From Akkermansia sp. (lineage in GTDB: Bacteria > Verrucomicrobiota > Verrucomicrobiia > Verrucomicrobiales > Akkermansiaceae): a DNA stretch of 64,000 bases. A program made the translations under genes and the position numbers. Within the stretch, counting starts at the first letter, position 1. Every line of letters begins with the position of its first letter. The stretch spans positions 3,783 through 67,782 of the forward strand of contig JBGVNQ010000020.1 in NCBI GenBank assembly GCA_045125705.1, in the 5' to 3' direction. Of this stretch, positions 17,391 through 25,801 are shown in pieces. Below the pieces are notes generated by a model, which was not told the origin of the DNA, did no database searches, and worked only from the letters and a program-made list of their open reading frames with translations.

Positions 17391-18275
17391 TCAGGTGATG
17401 GCCCAGATGCATTTCAGGTAGTCTTCTCCGTCGAAATCGAAGGTCATGGGCACCGAAACGAGCTGTGCACCGGGAATTCCTGCCGCCACCATGCGACGGA
17501 ATGCCGGCATGGTGAGTTTGCGGCAGTTGGTGGAGCAGAGAATGCGCCCGTGGGGAGCCAGGCAGGCAGCTGCCAGGTTCACCAGGTGGTCATAATCTTT
17601 CTCCACGCGCCACACATGCCCCTTCTCATCGCGCGAGAAAGTGGGCGGGTCAAGCACGATGATATCGAAGCGACGACCCTGGCGGGCAAAGCGGTCCATC
17701 CAGTGCAGTGCATCCCCCTTGCAGAAATAATGGTCGTCGGGGTCGATATCATTCAGCGCCATATTCTCGCGGCACCAGCTCAGGCAGGGCTGAGCCAGGT
17801 CCAGCGTGGTAGTCTGGGCACCGGCCAGTGCAGCACACACGGAGAACGCCCCCGTGTAAGCAAAGGTGTTGAGCACCTTCATACCGGGGCGGCACAGGCG
17901 GCGCAGCTCAGCGCGGTTATCGCGCTGGTCCAGGAAAATGCCCTGCGAGTACCCTGCCCCCATGTCCATGAGGTAATTCACGCTGTTCTCCTGAATCACG
18001 AAACGCAGCGGCACCTCAGGGCCGCAGAGAAACTGCGGCGCTTCCTTCACGTCCTTATCCAGACGCTTCACATACACGGGACGCCCCGTAGCGCGCAGCA
18101 ATTCCTTGAGCCCTGCCGGCAGTGCGGTATCGCGCAGCGATACCAGCAGGCGGTCTGCCAGCGCATCAATGAACACGCCCGGCCAGGGTGCGCCGTCGGC
18201 CACGCGGAAAGCGTTGGTCTCGGGTGGCAGCTTGGCCAGGCGTTGCTCGATGAGCGCTTGCAGTTTGTTGCTCAC
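17391..18275 (-). CDS. SAM-dependent RNA methyltransferase (COG1092-type, RlmI/RlmK-like)
   Basis: Motifs VLNTFAYTGAFSV and IIVLDPPTF, with a PUA-like N-terminal part. I placed the start at the GTG at 18275, which forms a GTGA overlap with the sufE stop codon. Confidence 0.7.
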   Translation of the reverse strand: MSNKLQALIEQRLAKLPPETNAFRVADGAPWPGVFIDALADRLLVSLRDTALPAGLKELLRATGRPVYVKRLDKDVKEAPQFLCGPEVPLRFVIQENSVNYLMDMGAGYSQGIFLDQRDNRAELRRLCRPGMKVLNTFAYTGAFSVCAALAGAQTTTLDLAQPCLSWCRENMALNDIDPDDHYFCKGDALHWMDRFARQGRRFDIIVLDPPTFSRDEKGHVWRVEKDYDHLVNLAAACLAPHGRILCSTNCRKLTMPAFRRMVAAGIPGAQLVSVPMTFDFDGEDYLKCIWAIT

Positions 18276-18697
18276 AGCAGGAAAGTCTTGGAAGCGGTGT
18301 CGGCAGCCTTGCGGATAGTGGCCGCCATGGAAGTGAGCGCATTGGCGCGGGTGGAGGCCAGGTGCTCCTTGAGCCCGCAATCATCAAGCTTGCCCAGGTC
18401 AGCCGCCAGCACCTCGGCAGGAGTCAGCCCCGAAAGCAGGCGGATAAAGAGCGCGATGAGCCCCTTGGTGATAAGAGAATCGCTGTCTGCGTGAATAATG
18501 AGCTTGCCGTCATCCATCTCGGTGCCTACCCACACGCGGCTCTGGCAACCCTTGATCAGGTTGCTGTTCTTGCGGTATTTTTCGGGCATGGCGGGCAGCT
18601 TGCGGCCCAGCGATATGATGAATTCATACTTCTCTGTCCAGTCTTCAAAGACGGACATATCATCCAGCAGTTCCTCGATGCGTGTATTGTAATCCAT
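18272..18697 (-). CDS. sufE: SufE-type sulfur acceptor protein
   Basis: SufE signature IKGCQSRVWV. About 140 aa. Start taken at the ATG at 18697. Confidence 0.8.
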   Translation of the reverse strand: MDYNTRIEELLDDMSVFEDWTEKYEFIISLGRKLPAMPEKYRKNSNLIKGCQSRVWVGTEMDDGKLIIHADSDSLITKGLIALFIRLLSGLTPAEVLAADLGKLDDCGLKEHLASTRANALTSMAATIRKAADTASKTFLL

Positions 18698-18700
18698 CAC

Positions 18701-19615
18701 TTACTTGCGGCTGGTGGCCAGCGTGTAAAGCACGGCCTTCTGGGCGTGCAGGCGGTTCTCTGCCTCGCGGAAGATGACGGGAGCATTAGCCTCGAGCACC
18801 TCATCGGTAATCTCATAGCCGCGGTAGGCGGGCAGGCAGTGCAGCACAATGTGGCCGGGGGCAGCCAGCTTGAGCAGCTCATCGTTCACCTGGTAGGGGA
18901 AGAAAGCCTTCTCCTTGGTGCCCTTCTCTGCCTCCTGGCCCATGGAAATCCACGTATCGGTGTTGATGACCATGCAGTCGCGCACAGCTTCAGCGGCATC
19001 GGTGGTGCAGATGATGTTCGGGCAATCGAGCGCAGCCAGAGTCTCGGCCTTGGGCAGAGCCTGCTCGGGACCGGCCAGCATCAGCGTGAAGCCCAGGTGC
19101 TTGGCAGCCCACATCCAGGAGCGGCCCATGTTGTTGTCCACATCGCCCAGGAAAGCAATCTTCATCCCCTTCCAGGAACCCTCGCCGTACTGCTCCTCGA
19201 TGGTGAGCAGGTCAGCCAGAATCTGGCAGGGATGCTCCAGATCGGTCAGGGCATTGATGGTGGGCAGCTTGGAGTAATCGGCAAAGTCCACTACATCCTG
19301 CTGGTCATAGGTGCGGATGATGGCGCCGTGAATCATGCGACCCAGCACGCGGGCGGTGTCCTTGATAGGCTCGCCGCGGCCCAGCTGGATATCGCGGGTG
19401 GAAAGGAACATCGGGCGGCCGCCCAGTTCGGAGATACCCACCTCAAAGGACACGCGGGTGCGGGTGGAGGATTTGGAGAAAATCAGAGCCCAGGTCTGCC
19501 CGGCCAAGGGCTGTTCTGCGTGGCAACCGCGCTCGGCTTTGAGCTTGTGCCCCAGGGCAAGCAATTCGCAAATCTGCTCGCCGGTCAGTTCTTCGATGGA
19601 AAGAAGGTTGTTCAT
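18701..19615 (-). CDS. argF: Ornithine carbamoyltransferase
   Basis: STRTRVSFE carbamoyl-phosphate motif, DTWISMG ornithine motif and HCLPA. Confidence 0.88.
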   Translation of the reverse strand: MNNLLSIEELTGEQICELLALGHKLKAERGCHAEQPLAGQTWALIFSKSSTRTRVSFEVGISELGGRPMFLSTRDIQLGRGEPIKDTARVLGRMIHGAIIRTYDQQDVVDFADYSKLPTINALTDLEHPCQILADLLTIEEQYGEGSWKGMKIAFLGDVDNNMGRSWMWAAKHLGFTLMLAGPEQALPKAETLAALDCPNIICTTDAAEAVRDCMVINTDTWISMGQEAEKGTKEKAFFPYQVNDELLKLAAPGHIVLHCLPAYRGYEITDEVLEANAPVIFREAENRLHAQKAVLYTLATSRK

Positions 19616-19698
19616 GGCTATATAAAATTCCGGGAAAGCAGCAAAGTATCACGTTTGCTGTCACCTGTAAAGTTCAGAGTGAGTCAGCGCACCGATAT

Positions 19699-19971
19699 TT
19701 AATCGCAAGGTTCTGTCAGCGCGCGGGCTACTTCACGGATAACGAATCTGGCACCCTGGGCTACCAGCAGGCTGATACCCAGCACAGCTGCACCCATAGC
19801 AAGCCCCAGCAACACCCCATAATCCGAAATCCAGAAACAGGTCGGCACTATCGCCACAAGTAGATGCATTACCACCACTGCTATATACGCACCCGTGCGT
19901 ACGTTTTGCGATTTCGACAGAGCCGACAAAGCAAGACAAGTCACATAGATGATAAGAGGAGGTATAAACAT
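19699..19971 (-). CDS. Small integral membrane protein, unknown function
   Basis: 90 aa with three hydrophobic helices. No recognisable motif. Confidence 0.5.
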   Translation of the reverse strand: MFIPPLIIYVTCLALSALSKSQNVRTGAYIAVVVMHLLVAIVPTCFWISDYGVLLGLAMGAAVLGISLLVAQGARFVIREVARALTEPCD

Positions 19972-20036
19972 CGTTGTTCTCTCTGTTAGCGCATTCTACC
20001 CCCGCCATCTGACGATTACAAGACTTTCCCTGACGC

Positions 20037-20058
20037 TGTGACATACTTTCCTGTCACA
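20037..20058. promoter_or_regulatory. Perfect palindrome TGTGACA-N8-TGTCACA in the divergent intergenic region upstream of tdh
   Basis: The 7-bp arms are at 20037-20043 and 20052-20058, just upstream of the candidate tdh promoter. Confidence 0.35.
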
Positions 20059-20073
20059 AAACAGAGATTAGGC

Positions 20074-20102
20074 TTGCGCGAGCTGCGGGGTGAGAGTATA
20101 GT
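20074..20102 (+). promoter_or_regulatory. sigma70-like promoter candidate TTGCGC-17-TATAGT
   Basis: The -10 hexamer ends 11 nt before the tdh ATG at 20114. Confidence 0.35.
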
Positions 20103-20113
20103 TTCGCCCCGAA

Positions 20114-21145
20114 ATGAAAGCCCTCGTCAAAACAACGGCCGATAAAGGCCTGGAACTGATGGACGTGCCGATGCCTGAAGTCGGCCCGAATGATGTTCTC
20201 ATCAAGATTTACAAAACAGCTATCTGCGGCACCGACCTGCACATCTGGAACTGGGACGCCTGGGCCCAGCAGACCATCCCCGTAGGCATGCACGTAGGTC
20301 ACGAGTTCTGCGGCATCATCGAGCGCGTGGGCTCTGCCGTCACGGAATACAAACCCGGCGATGTTGTTTCCGGCGAGGGTCACATCGTCTGCGGCCACTG
20401 CCGCAACTGCCGCAAAGGCCTCTTCCACCTCTGCCCGAACACCAAGGGTGTGGGTGTGAACCGTCCCGGCTGCTTTGCCGAATACCTTTCCATCCCCCAG
20501 AGCAATGTCATCCGCATTCACAAGGACATGCCCATGGAGATTGCCTCCATTCTCGACCCCTTGGGCAATGCCACTCACACCGCCCTCTCCTGGGATCTCG
20601 TGGGTGAGGATGTGCTCATCACCGGTGCCGGTCTCATCGGCTCCATGGCTGCCGCCGTCTGCAAGAAGGCCGGAGCCAAGAGCGTGACCATCACCGACGT
20701 GAGCGACTACAAGCTCAACCTTGCCCGCATCATGGGCGCCGACCGCACCGTGAACGTCATCTCCGGCGACAGCATCGATGCCGCCCGTAAGGACCTCGAA
20801 ATCGAGGAAGGCTACGGCGTGTGCCTTGAGATGAGCGGCGCTCCCGCCTGCCTCAAGGACATCATCAACCATTCCGCCTATGGTGCCAATATCTCCCTGC
20901 TCGGCATCCAGCCCGGCGGCTCCGGCATCGACTGGAACACCTTCGTGTGGAAGGGGCTCAAGATGAAGGGCATCTATGGCCGCGAAATGTATGGTACCTG
21001 GCAGAAGATGGACGCCATGCTGCGCAGCGGGCTCGATGTTTCCCCCATCATCACCCACCGCATGCACTACACCGACTTCAAGAAGGGCTTCGAGGTCATG
21101 GCCTCCGGTCAGTCCGGCAAGGTGGTGCTCACCTGGGCTGAATAA
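20114..21145 (+). CDS. tdh: L-threonine 3-dehydrogenase (Zn-dependent MDR family)
   Basis: GHEFCG Zn motif, the structural-Zn cysteine cluster CGHCRNCRKGLFHLC, and the Rossmann motif ITGAGLIGS. Confidence 0.9.
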   Translation: MKALVKTTADKGLELMDVPMPEVGPNDVLIKIYKTAICGTDLHIWNWDAWAQQTIPVGMHVGHEFCGIIERVGSAVTEYKPGDVVSGEGHIVCGHCRNCRKGLFHLCPNTKGVGVNRPGCFAEYLSIPQSNVIRIHKDMPMEIASILDPLGNATHTALSWDLVGEDVLITGAGLIGSMAAAVCKKAGAKSVTITDVSDYKLNLARIMGADRTVNVISGDSIDAARKDLEIEEGYGVCLEMSGAPACLKDIINHSAYGANISLLGIQPGGSGIDWNTFVWKGLKMKGIYGREMYGTWQKMDAMLRSGLDVSPIITHRMHYTDFKKGFEVMASGQSGKVVLTWAE

Positions 21146-21170
21146 AAATACCATTTCATTTCAATTCCCC

Positions 21171-21201
21171 AAGCCGCATTCCCCGCAAAGGAATGCGGCT
21201 T
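21171..21201 (+). terminator. Stem-loop terminator after tdh
   Basis: AAGCCGCATTCC-CCGCAAA-GGAATGCGGCTT forms a 12-bp stem, followed by CTGCTTTG. Confidence 0.6.
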
Positions 21202-21275
21202 CTGCTTTGTATGTTGGATTTTGAATTGTTGATTTTGGATGTATCAAATTCCCCGGGCATTGCCCGCCAATATTC

Positions 21276-21304
21276 TTGACTTATTACCCCCTACAAGGTA
21301 GAGT
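21276..21304 (+). promoter_or_regulatory. sigma70-like promoter TTGACT-17-TAGAGT, 6 nt before the start codon (leaderless geometry)
   Basis: Hexamers at 21276-21281 and 21299-21304; the ATG is at 21311. Confidence 0.45.
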
Positions 21305-21310
21305 ATTGGC

Positions 21311-22711
21311 ATGGATACAGATACCCGTAAGAGCGTGGCCGCGTGGTCATCGGTGATTTGGAGCGGATTCCTCGCTGCCACCAAGCTGGTGGTGGGCATT
21401 TTCACCGGCTCGCTCGGTATCTTGTCGGAGGCGCTGCACAGTGCGCTTGATTTAGTGGCTGCGGGCGGCACTGTGTTTGCTGTGAAGGTAGCTGCACGCC
21501 CTGCTGATGACGAACACCCCTACGGCCACGGCAAGGTAGAGAACCTCATGGCTCTGGCAGAAACTCTTCTGCTGCTCGCCACCGCTGCCTGGGTTATCAT
21601 GGAAGCCTGCGAGCGTCTCCTCAGCTCCGACCCTGCTGCGCTGGAGGTGAAGTTCTCCTACTGGGCATTTGCCATCGTCATCATCTCCATTGTGGTCGAT
21701 GTGAACCGTGCCGCCATGCTCAAGCGGGTAGCGCGCGAGACCCGCAGCGCCGCGCTTGAGGCCGATGCGGCCCACTTCACCACCGATATCTGGAGCAGCG
21801 CCGCCGTGCTCCTTGGTATCACCGGTGCTGCCGTTGCAGGCATGACCGTCGAGGGCAGCTGGCTGCACTGGGTGCTCATGCGAGCAGACGTCTTTGCCTC
21901 GCTCGTGGTGGCGGCGCTCATTCTCCACGTCTGCAAGGACCTCGGCAAGCAGTCCATCAACAACCTCATGGACAAATCCAACGGCGAAGCCTCCGACAGC
22001 ATCCGCAAAGCCATGGCAGAGCGCATGCCCACCTACCCGCTCTCCCGCCTCCGTGTCCGTGAATCCGGCGCCCGCTATTACGTGGATATGGAGGTACAGG
22101 TGCCGCCCAGCCTGCATGTGGATACAGCCCATGAAATCGCCGATGCCATAGAAGAGCTTGTCGCTACCACCCTGGAAGGCGCCGAGACCATGGTGCACAT
22201 GACCCCCGCCCAGTCCCTGCCCGAGACCCCCGAATTCGTCATCCGTCGCCTGGCCCTCAGCCACCGCTTCGGCGTGCACGGCCTCGTGCTTCAGCATACG
22301 GACGATGGCAAGTTCATCATCGCCGTCGACCTTGAGCTGCCCCCTGCCGCCACGCTGGAATCCTGGCAGGTCGCAGTGGAAGCCTTCCGCAAGGAAGTAC
22401 AGCGCAACCTGAATGCCGACCTTGTAGCCCTGCATGTGGAGCCCGACCTGCGCCGCGTGCCCGCCTACACCGAGCCCCTGCCCGAGGATTGGGAAGACCA
22501 GGTGCGCCAGGCCATGATACACCGCGGCGCCCCCCTGCCCAGCAGCATCAGCTGCTACACCCGCGGCCACGAGCGCCTCTGCATCATCACCATCCCCCGC
22601 GAACCCCGCCTCACCGTCGAGGAAAGCCACGCCCGCCTCACCAAGCTCAACAAGAAGCTCGCCGAGCGCCTCCCCTCCGCAGCCCGCATCATGGTGACCT
22701 ATGAGGAATGA
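21311..22711 (+). CDS. Cation diffusion facilitator (CDF) metal efflux transporter with about 170-aa C-terminal extension
   Basis: A six-TM CDF core (LSEALHSALD, HFTTD metal-site motifs) is followed by three sequential segments that look like repeats of the CDF cytoplasmic domain. Confidence 0.85.
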   Translation: MDTDTRKSVAAWSSVIWSGFLAATKLVVGIFTGSLGILSEALHSALDLVAAGGTVFAVKVAARPADDEHPYGHGKVENLMALAETLLLLATAAWVIMEACERLLSSDPAALEVKFSYWAFAIVIISIVVDVNRAAMLKRVARETRSAALEADAAHFTTDIWSSAAVLLGITGAAVAGMTVEGSWLHWVLMRADVFASLVVAALILHVCKDLGKQSINNLMDKSNGEASDSIRKAMAERMPTYPLSRLRVRESGARYYVDMEVQVPPSLHVDTAHEIADAIEELVATTLEGAETMVHMTPAQSLPETPEFVIRRLALSHRFGVHGLVLQHTDDGKFIIAVDLELPPAATLESWQVAVEAFRKEVQRNLNADLVALHVEPDLRRVPAYTEPLPEDWEDQVRQAMIHRGAPLPSSISCYTRGHERLCIITIPREPRLTVEESHARLTKLNKKLAERLPSAARIMVTYEE

Positions 22712-22933
22712 AGAGGGATATACAAACTTGCGAATTCCTCCGCCACCAGCTCACACTAGCAACGCTAGTGTTTTCATCCTCTTTTTTCACGGGTGCAATC
22801 ACTCGGTGGGGACCTTGGCGTATTTGATTTACGCTTCCGCCTCCGAGTCGCCGAGCCTCCTATTCAGCCGTCTCCGCGTCTCGCTATCGCTCGCTTGCTA
22901 CGCCATGCCAGGCTGTTCATTAATCACTAGAAA

Positions 22934-23929
22934 TCAACATTTTCCTTGCATATTCCAAAATACTTTTGCTTCCTTTCGCGTGGTGGGAGCCATGTATCGG
23001 CTGCGCAGAAGTGATAAATCCCGGTGGCCCATTTCCAGCTGCAGCTCTGGCAGGTTTCTGAAATGTGCGGCGTGGTAGCTGGCGAAAGTATGGCGGCAGA
23101 CATCCGGCACCCAATGAGTAAACCCGGCCGCACGTCGCAAAGCCAGCCAGCGGTTCTGCCAGTTTCGAGGCACGCGGCAATCCTGTGCACGCATGCCGGG
23201 CAGCGCGCGTAGAGGTACAACTCGCCCGCCGCCAGTTTTGCTGCGCTGCGGGCGGATGATGACCTGCCGCTCCTCCCAGCACACATCCTCCGGACGCAAT
23301 CGCTCTACCTCTGCAGGGCGCACGCCGCTGTATAGCAACAGACTCAGAGAGAAACTCATATCACGGAACTGTCGTTGTTCCACCACCTTGAGCAAACGGC
23401 TCACCGCATCATTGGTAAGGGGCTCTATAGGAGACTCCTGCACAGGCGGCACTTCTATACGAGCCACCGGATTCGCATTGCACCATTCCCGTCTCTGTCC
23501 GTAAGCAAAAATACTATGCAGAATAGCCCGTCCTTTGCGGTAACTATGCGCACTGTGACCAAATGCATTGTGCAGCAGTTCGCGGCATTGTCCCACCGTC
23601 ACAGCCCGCAGCGGCAACTGAGCAAAGGCCGTATGCTTCAGCATCCTACGCACATAATGCCGTAAATCACGCGTAGTCGTAGGTCTCCGCCCTGCCCGCG
23701 CCTGCACACTCTCCCACGCAGCCTGCTCAAAAGGTACCGTCCGCTCCGCTGCCTGCACAGCTGCAATCCCCTCCCTCATCACACGCCGCACCAGCTCCAT
23801 CAACTCCACCCGTGCCATCCCTTCTGCCCGCCCCCCCAGCCCCTCCACACACTCCATCACCAGCCGCGCAGCATCAACACCATCCAGCGGCACCATCGTC
23901 ATCAGTCTTTTTATCGTTTTTGTATTCAT
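22934..23929 (-). CDS. Tyrosine site-specific recombinase (phage-integrase family)
   Basis: The C-terminal catalytic region reads ...SGVRPAEV...HTFASYHAAHF...MGHRDLSLLRSRY, giving the R..H-x-x-R/H..Y pattern. Confidence 0.85.
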   Translation of the reverse strand: MNTKTIKRLMTMVPLDGVDAARLVMECVEGLGGRAEGMARVELMELVRRVMREGIAAVQAAERTVPFEQAAWESVQARAGRRPTTTRDLRHYVRRMLKHTAFAQLPLRAVTVGQCRELLHNAFGHSAHSYRKGRAILHSIFAYGQRREWCNANPVARIEVPPVQESPIEPLTNDAVSRLLKVVEQRQFRDMSFSLSLLLYSGVRPAEVERLRPEDVCWEERQVIIRPQRSKTGGGRVVPLRALPGMRAQDCRVPRNWQNRWLALRRAAGFTHWVPDVCRHTFASYHAAHFRNLPELQLEMGHRDLSLLRSRYMAPTTRKEAKVFWNMQGKC

Positions 23930-23941
23930 AGTTGTAGTTAC

Positions 23942-24120
23942 GCATTCACAAAGCTAAGTCAATGAAAAATTGCTTGCAATGACTGTTACTGTGCAGAGGT
24001 GAATGATATAACGTCACATCTTGAAGTGCGAGATAATTTATGGCAGAGGTTGCCCTTTTCTTACTTAGGATACAAACCTTTGATTTCATGCATCCTTGCA
24101 AACCTTAGCTTTGTGAATGC
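23942..24120. promoter_or_regulatory. Candidate invertible DNA switch: 145-bp segment bounded by perfect 17-bp inverted repeats
   Basis: GCATTCACAAAGCTAAG (23942-23958) and CTTAGCTTTGTGAATGC (24104-24120). The segment lies between the divergent recombinase gene (start 23929) and membrane-protein gene (start 24137). Confidence 0.6.
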
Positions 24121-24136
24121 TGTATATTCATGATGC

Positions 24137-25510
24137 ATGACGGGTATCAATCGCATAATTAACAAACACTTACCGGAAATTGCGGTTGGTTGTTTAATGT
24201 TGTCAATGGTGGTCTCTCAGTTCTCCTACTTCTGTGATAGAACGGTATTCGGGCATGATGATTTATCTCAGATAGGGACATATTGCTGGAATTTGGAGAC
24301 AGAAGGGAGGTGGCTGATATATCTGCTATTTGACGTGTTACGGTATTTTAATACACATGTGGCATTGGTTGCAGACTTCGGGTTTATTGGTATTTTTGGA
24401 TATCTGTGCGCTAGAAAATGGTTAAATTCAGGCCAAAGTATACTAATTGCATTGCTGGTAATGCTGACTCCATCTGTGGTGCTGTTTCTTGATTGGCCAA
24501 TCATCGCCATGCCTTCCATGTTTCTACTGGCGATTGCCTCGCTGGTGTGCAAAAGAATGCCTCTCTGGCTATTTTTCTTGCTTTTCGGTATACTATTTAA
24601 TGCAACATTCAGTAATGTGTACTTCCTGTTACCGCTATTGTTTTTGAATGAGAATTCCAGAACATTGTTGCGTGTCGTGCTCTTCTGGATTGCGGGTTTT
24701 GTGATAGGTTTTGCTATTGCAGAGCTGATTACATATATTATTTGTGGGCATTTTATTGAACTTGGAGAGTGGAGAAAGCCCAATTATATAAGAAGCTTGT
24801 CGGATATTTCGACGAATGTTCTAACAGCGCTGGGATTTGCCTCTAGACACATACGTTATATGGGGAAAGTATGTGGATTTACAGGATTTCTGTGCGTTGT
24901 ATTATTTGCATGGACGCACAGGAATAATAAAATACAAGGTCTTACAATGCTTCTGGTTATGGGGTTAGTTGCCATGAGCTGTTATGCACAAAGTATTCCT
25001 GCTGGCATAGATGTGTCTATGAGAACAGCCCATTGCTTATATTTTTCCTTGATTTTATTTGTTTTGGTAAGTTGCAGGGTCAATCGTTTTCTTCTTCTGT
25101 CCTTGGTTTTGATATGGAGTGGAAGAAGCCTGAATATGAATGCAAGAAATTTAGAATGGCAAAACACAATCAGAAGTTCGTTCAGAGATGGCATTGCTAG
25201 CATTGGAGTTTCTCCTGTTGAGGTAAACGGACTTGTTATGTTAGCTGATGATAATGATGTGTATGAAATAGTAAAGTCAATCGAAGGCTCGTCTCACACA
25301 TCGAGCTATGATTTAATAATGAATCTGGATTCTTGGGCCGCCGCTCCCCGATACGAGGGGTTTAAATCTTTATGGTATCGAAAAGGAGCCGAAGAAAAGC
25401 TTAAGGAACTGGAGATTAAGGAAAATGATTTAGCTTTTACAACAAGAGGCATATACAGTTTTGCGTTATGCAAAGGTTATCTGTTCATTCGCCTCAATAC
25501 GCCCAGATAA
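24137..25510 (+). CDS. Polytopic membrane protein, low GC (GT-C/Gtr-type glycosyltransferase or polymerase-like topology; function uncertain)
   Basis: About 10 hydrophobic helices fill the first 330 aa or so, followed by a soluble tail of about 125 aa. The gene is AT-rich: 25 G+C in the 60 nt at 24241-24300, against 38 in 20281-20340. Confidence 0.55.
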   Translation: MTGINRIINKHLPEIAVGCLMLSMVVSQFSYFCDRTVFGHDDLSQIGTYCWNLETEGRWLIYLLFDVLRYFNTHVALVADFGFIGIFGYLCARKWLNSGQSILIALLVMLTPSVVLFLDWPIIAMPSMFLLAIASLVCKRMPLWLFFLLFGILFNATFSNVYFLLPLLFLNENSRTLLRVVLFWIAGFVIGFAIAELITYIICGHFIELGEWRKPNYIRSLSDISTNVLTALGFASRHIRYMGKVCGFTGFLCVVLFAWTHRNNKIQGLTMLLVMGLVAMSCYAQSIPAGIDVSMRTAHCLYFSLILFVLVSCRVNRFLLLSLVLIWSGRSLNMNARNLEWQNTIRSSFRDGIASIGVSPVEVNGLVMLADDNDVYEIVKSIEGSSHTSSYDLIMNLDSWAAAPRYEGFKSLWYRKGAEEKLKELEIKENDLAFTTRGIYSFALCKGYLFIRLNTPR

Positions 25511-25801
25511 GCGCGCAGTGCAAGATTTTTTCATAAAATATCGGTCATTGAAGAAAAACAAGGCATCCTGAATATATAGCTTAACGACGTTCTCGGTGCC
25601 CCGCCTTGCGAAGCCTAGCTCAAATAGCGTGATTCATAACATTTTTTAGAAAAACGAAATGTTCATCAGATTTTTCAATACAAAGGCTACAAAAGATCGA
25701 TGCAGGGTACTCCTCCTTATAGGAATTCCTAAATATTCTGCATTACCACTGAACGCATGCCTTAACTTCCATCCTAAATATGCTAAATACAGAAGCACAG
25801 C

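Noticed and set aside
22712-22933. Expected tRNA gene or att site next to the tyrosine recombinase
   Set aside because: I found no cloverleaf-compatible sequence (no GTTCGAATC-type T-loop). I found no direct repeat shared with the other island edge (27198-27347). The recombinase is better explained as an invertase for the adjacent IR-flanked segment.
22701-23286. Small ORFs overlapping the 3' part of the recombinase gene (22701-23078 +, 22920-23282 -, 22927-23286 -)
   Set aside because: They overlap the well-supported recombinase frame or lie in its 3' flank, and they have no motifs.
23959-24103. A complete -35/-10 promoter wholly inside the invertible spacer
   Set aside because: TTGCAA hexamers occur at both ends (23974-23979 and 24096-24101). 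However, no acceptable -10 lies at 16-18 nt spacing on either strand. The junction-spanning TTGACT model fits better.
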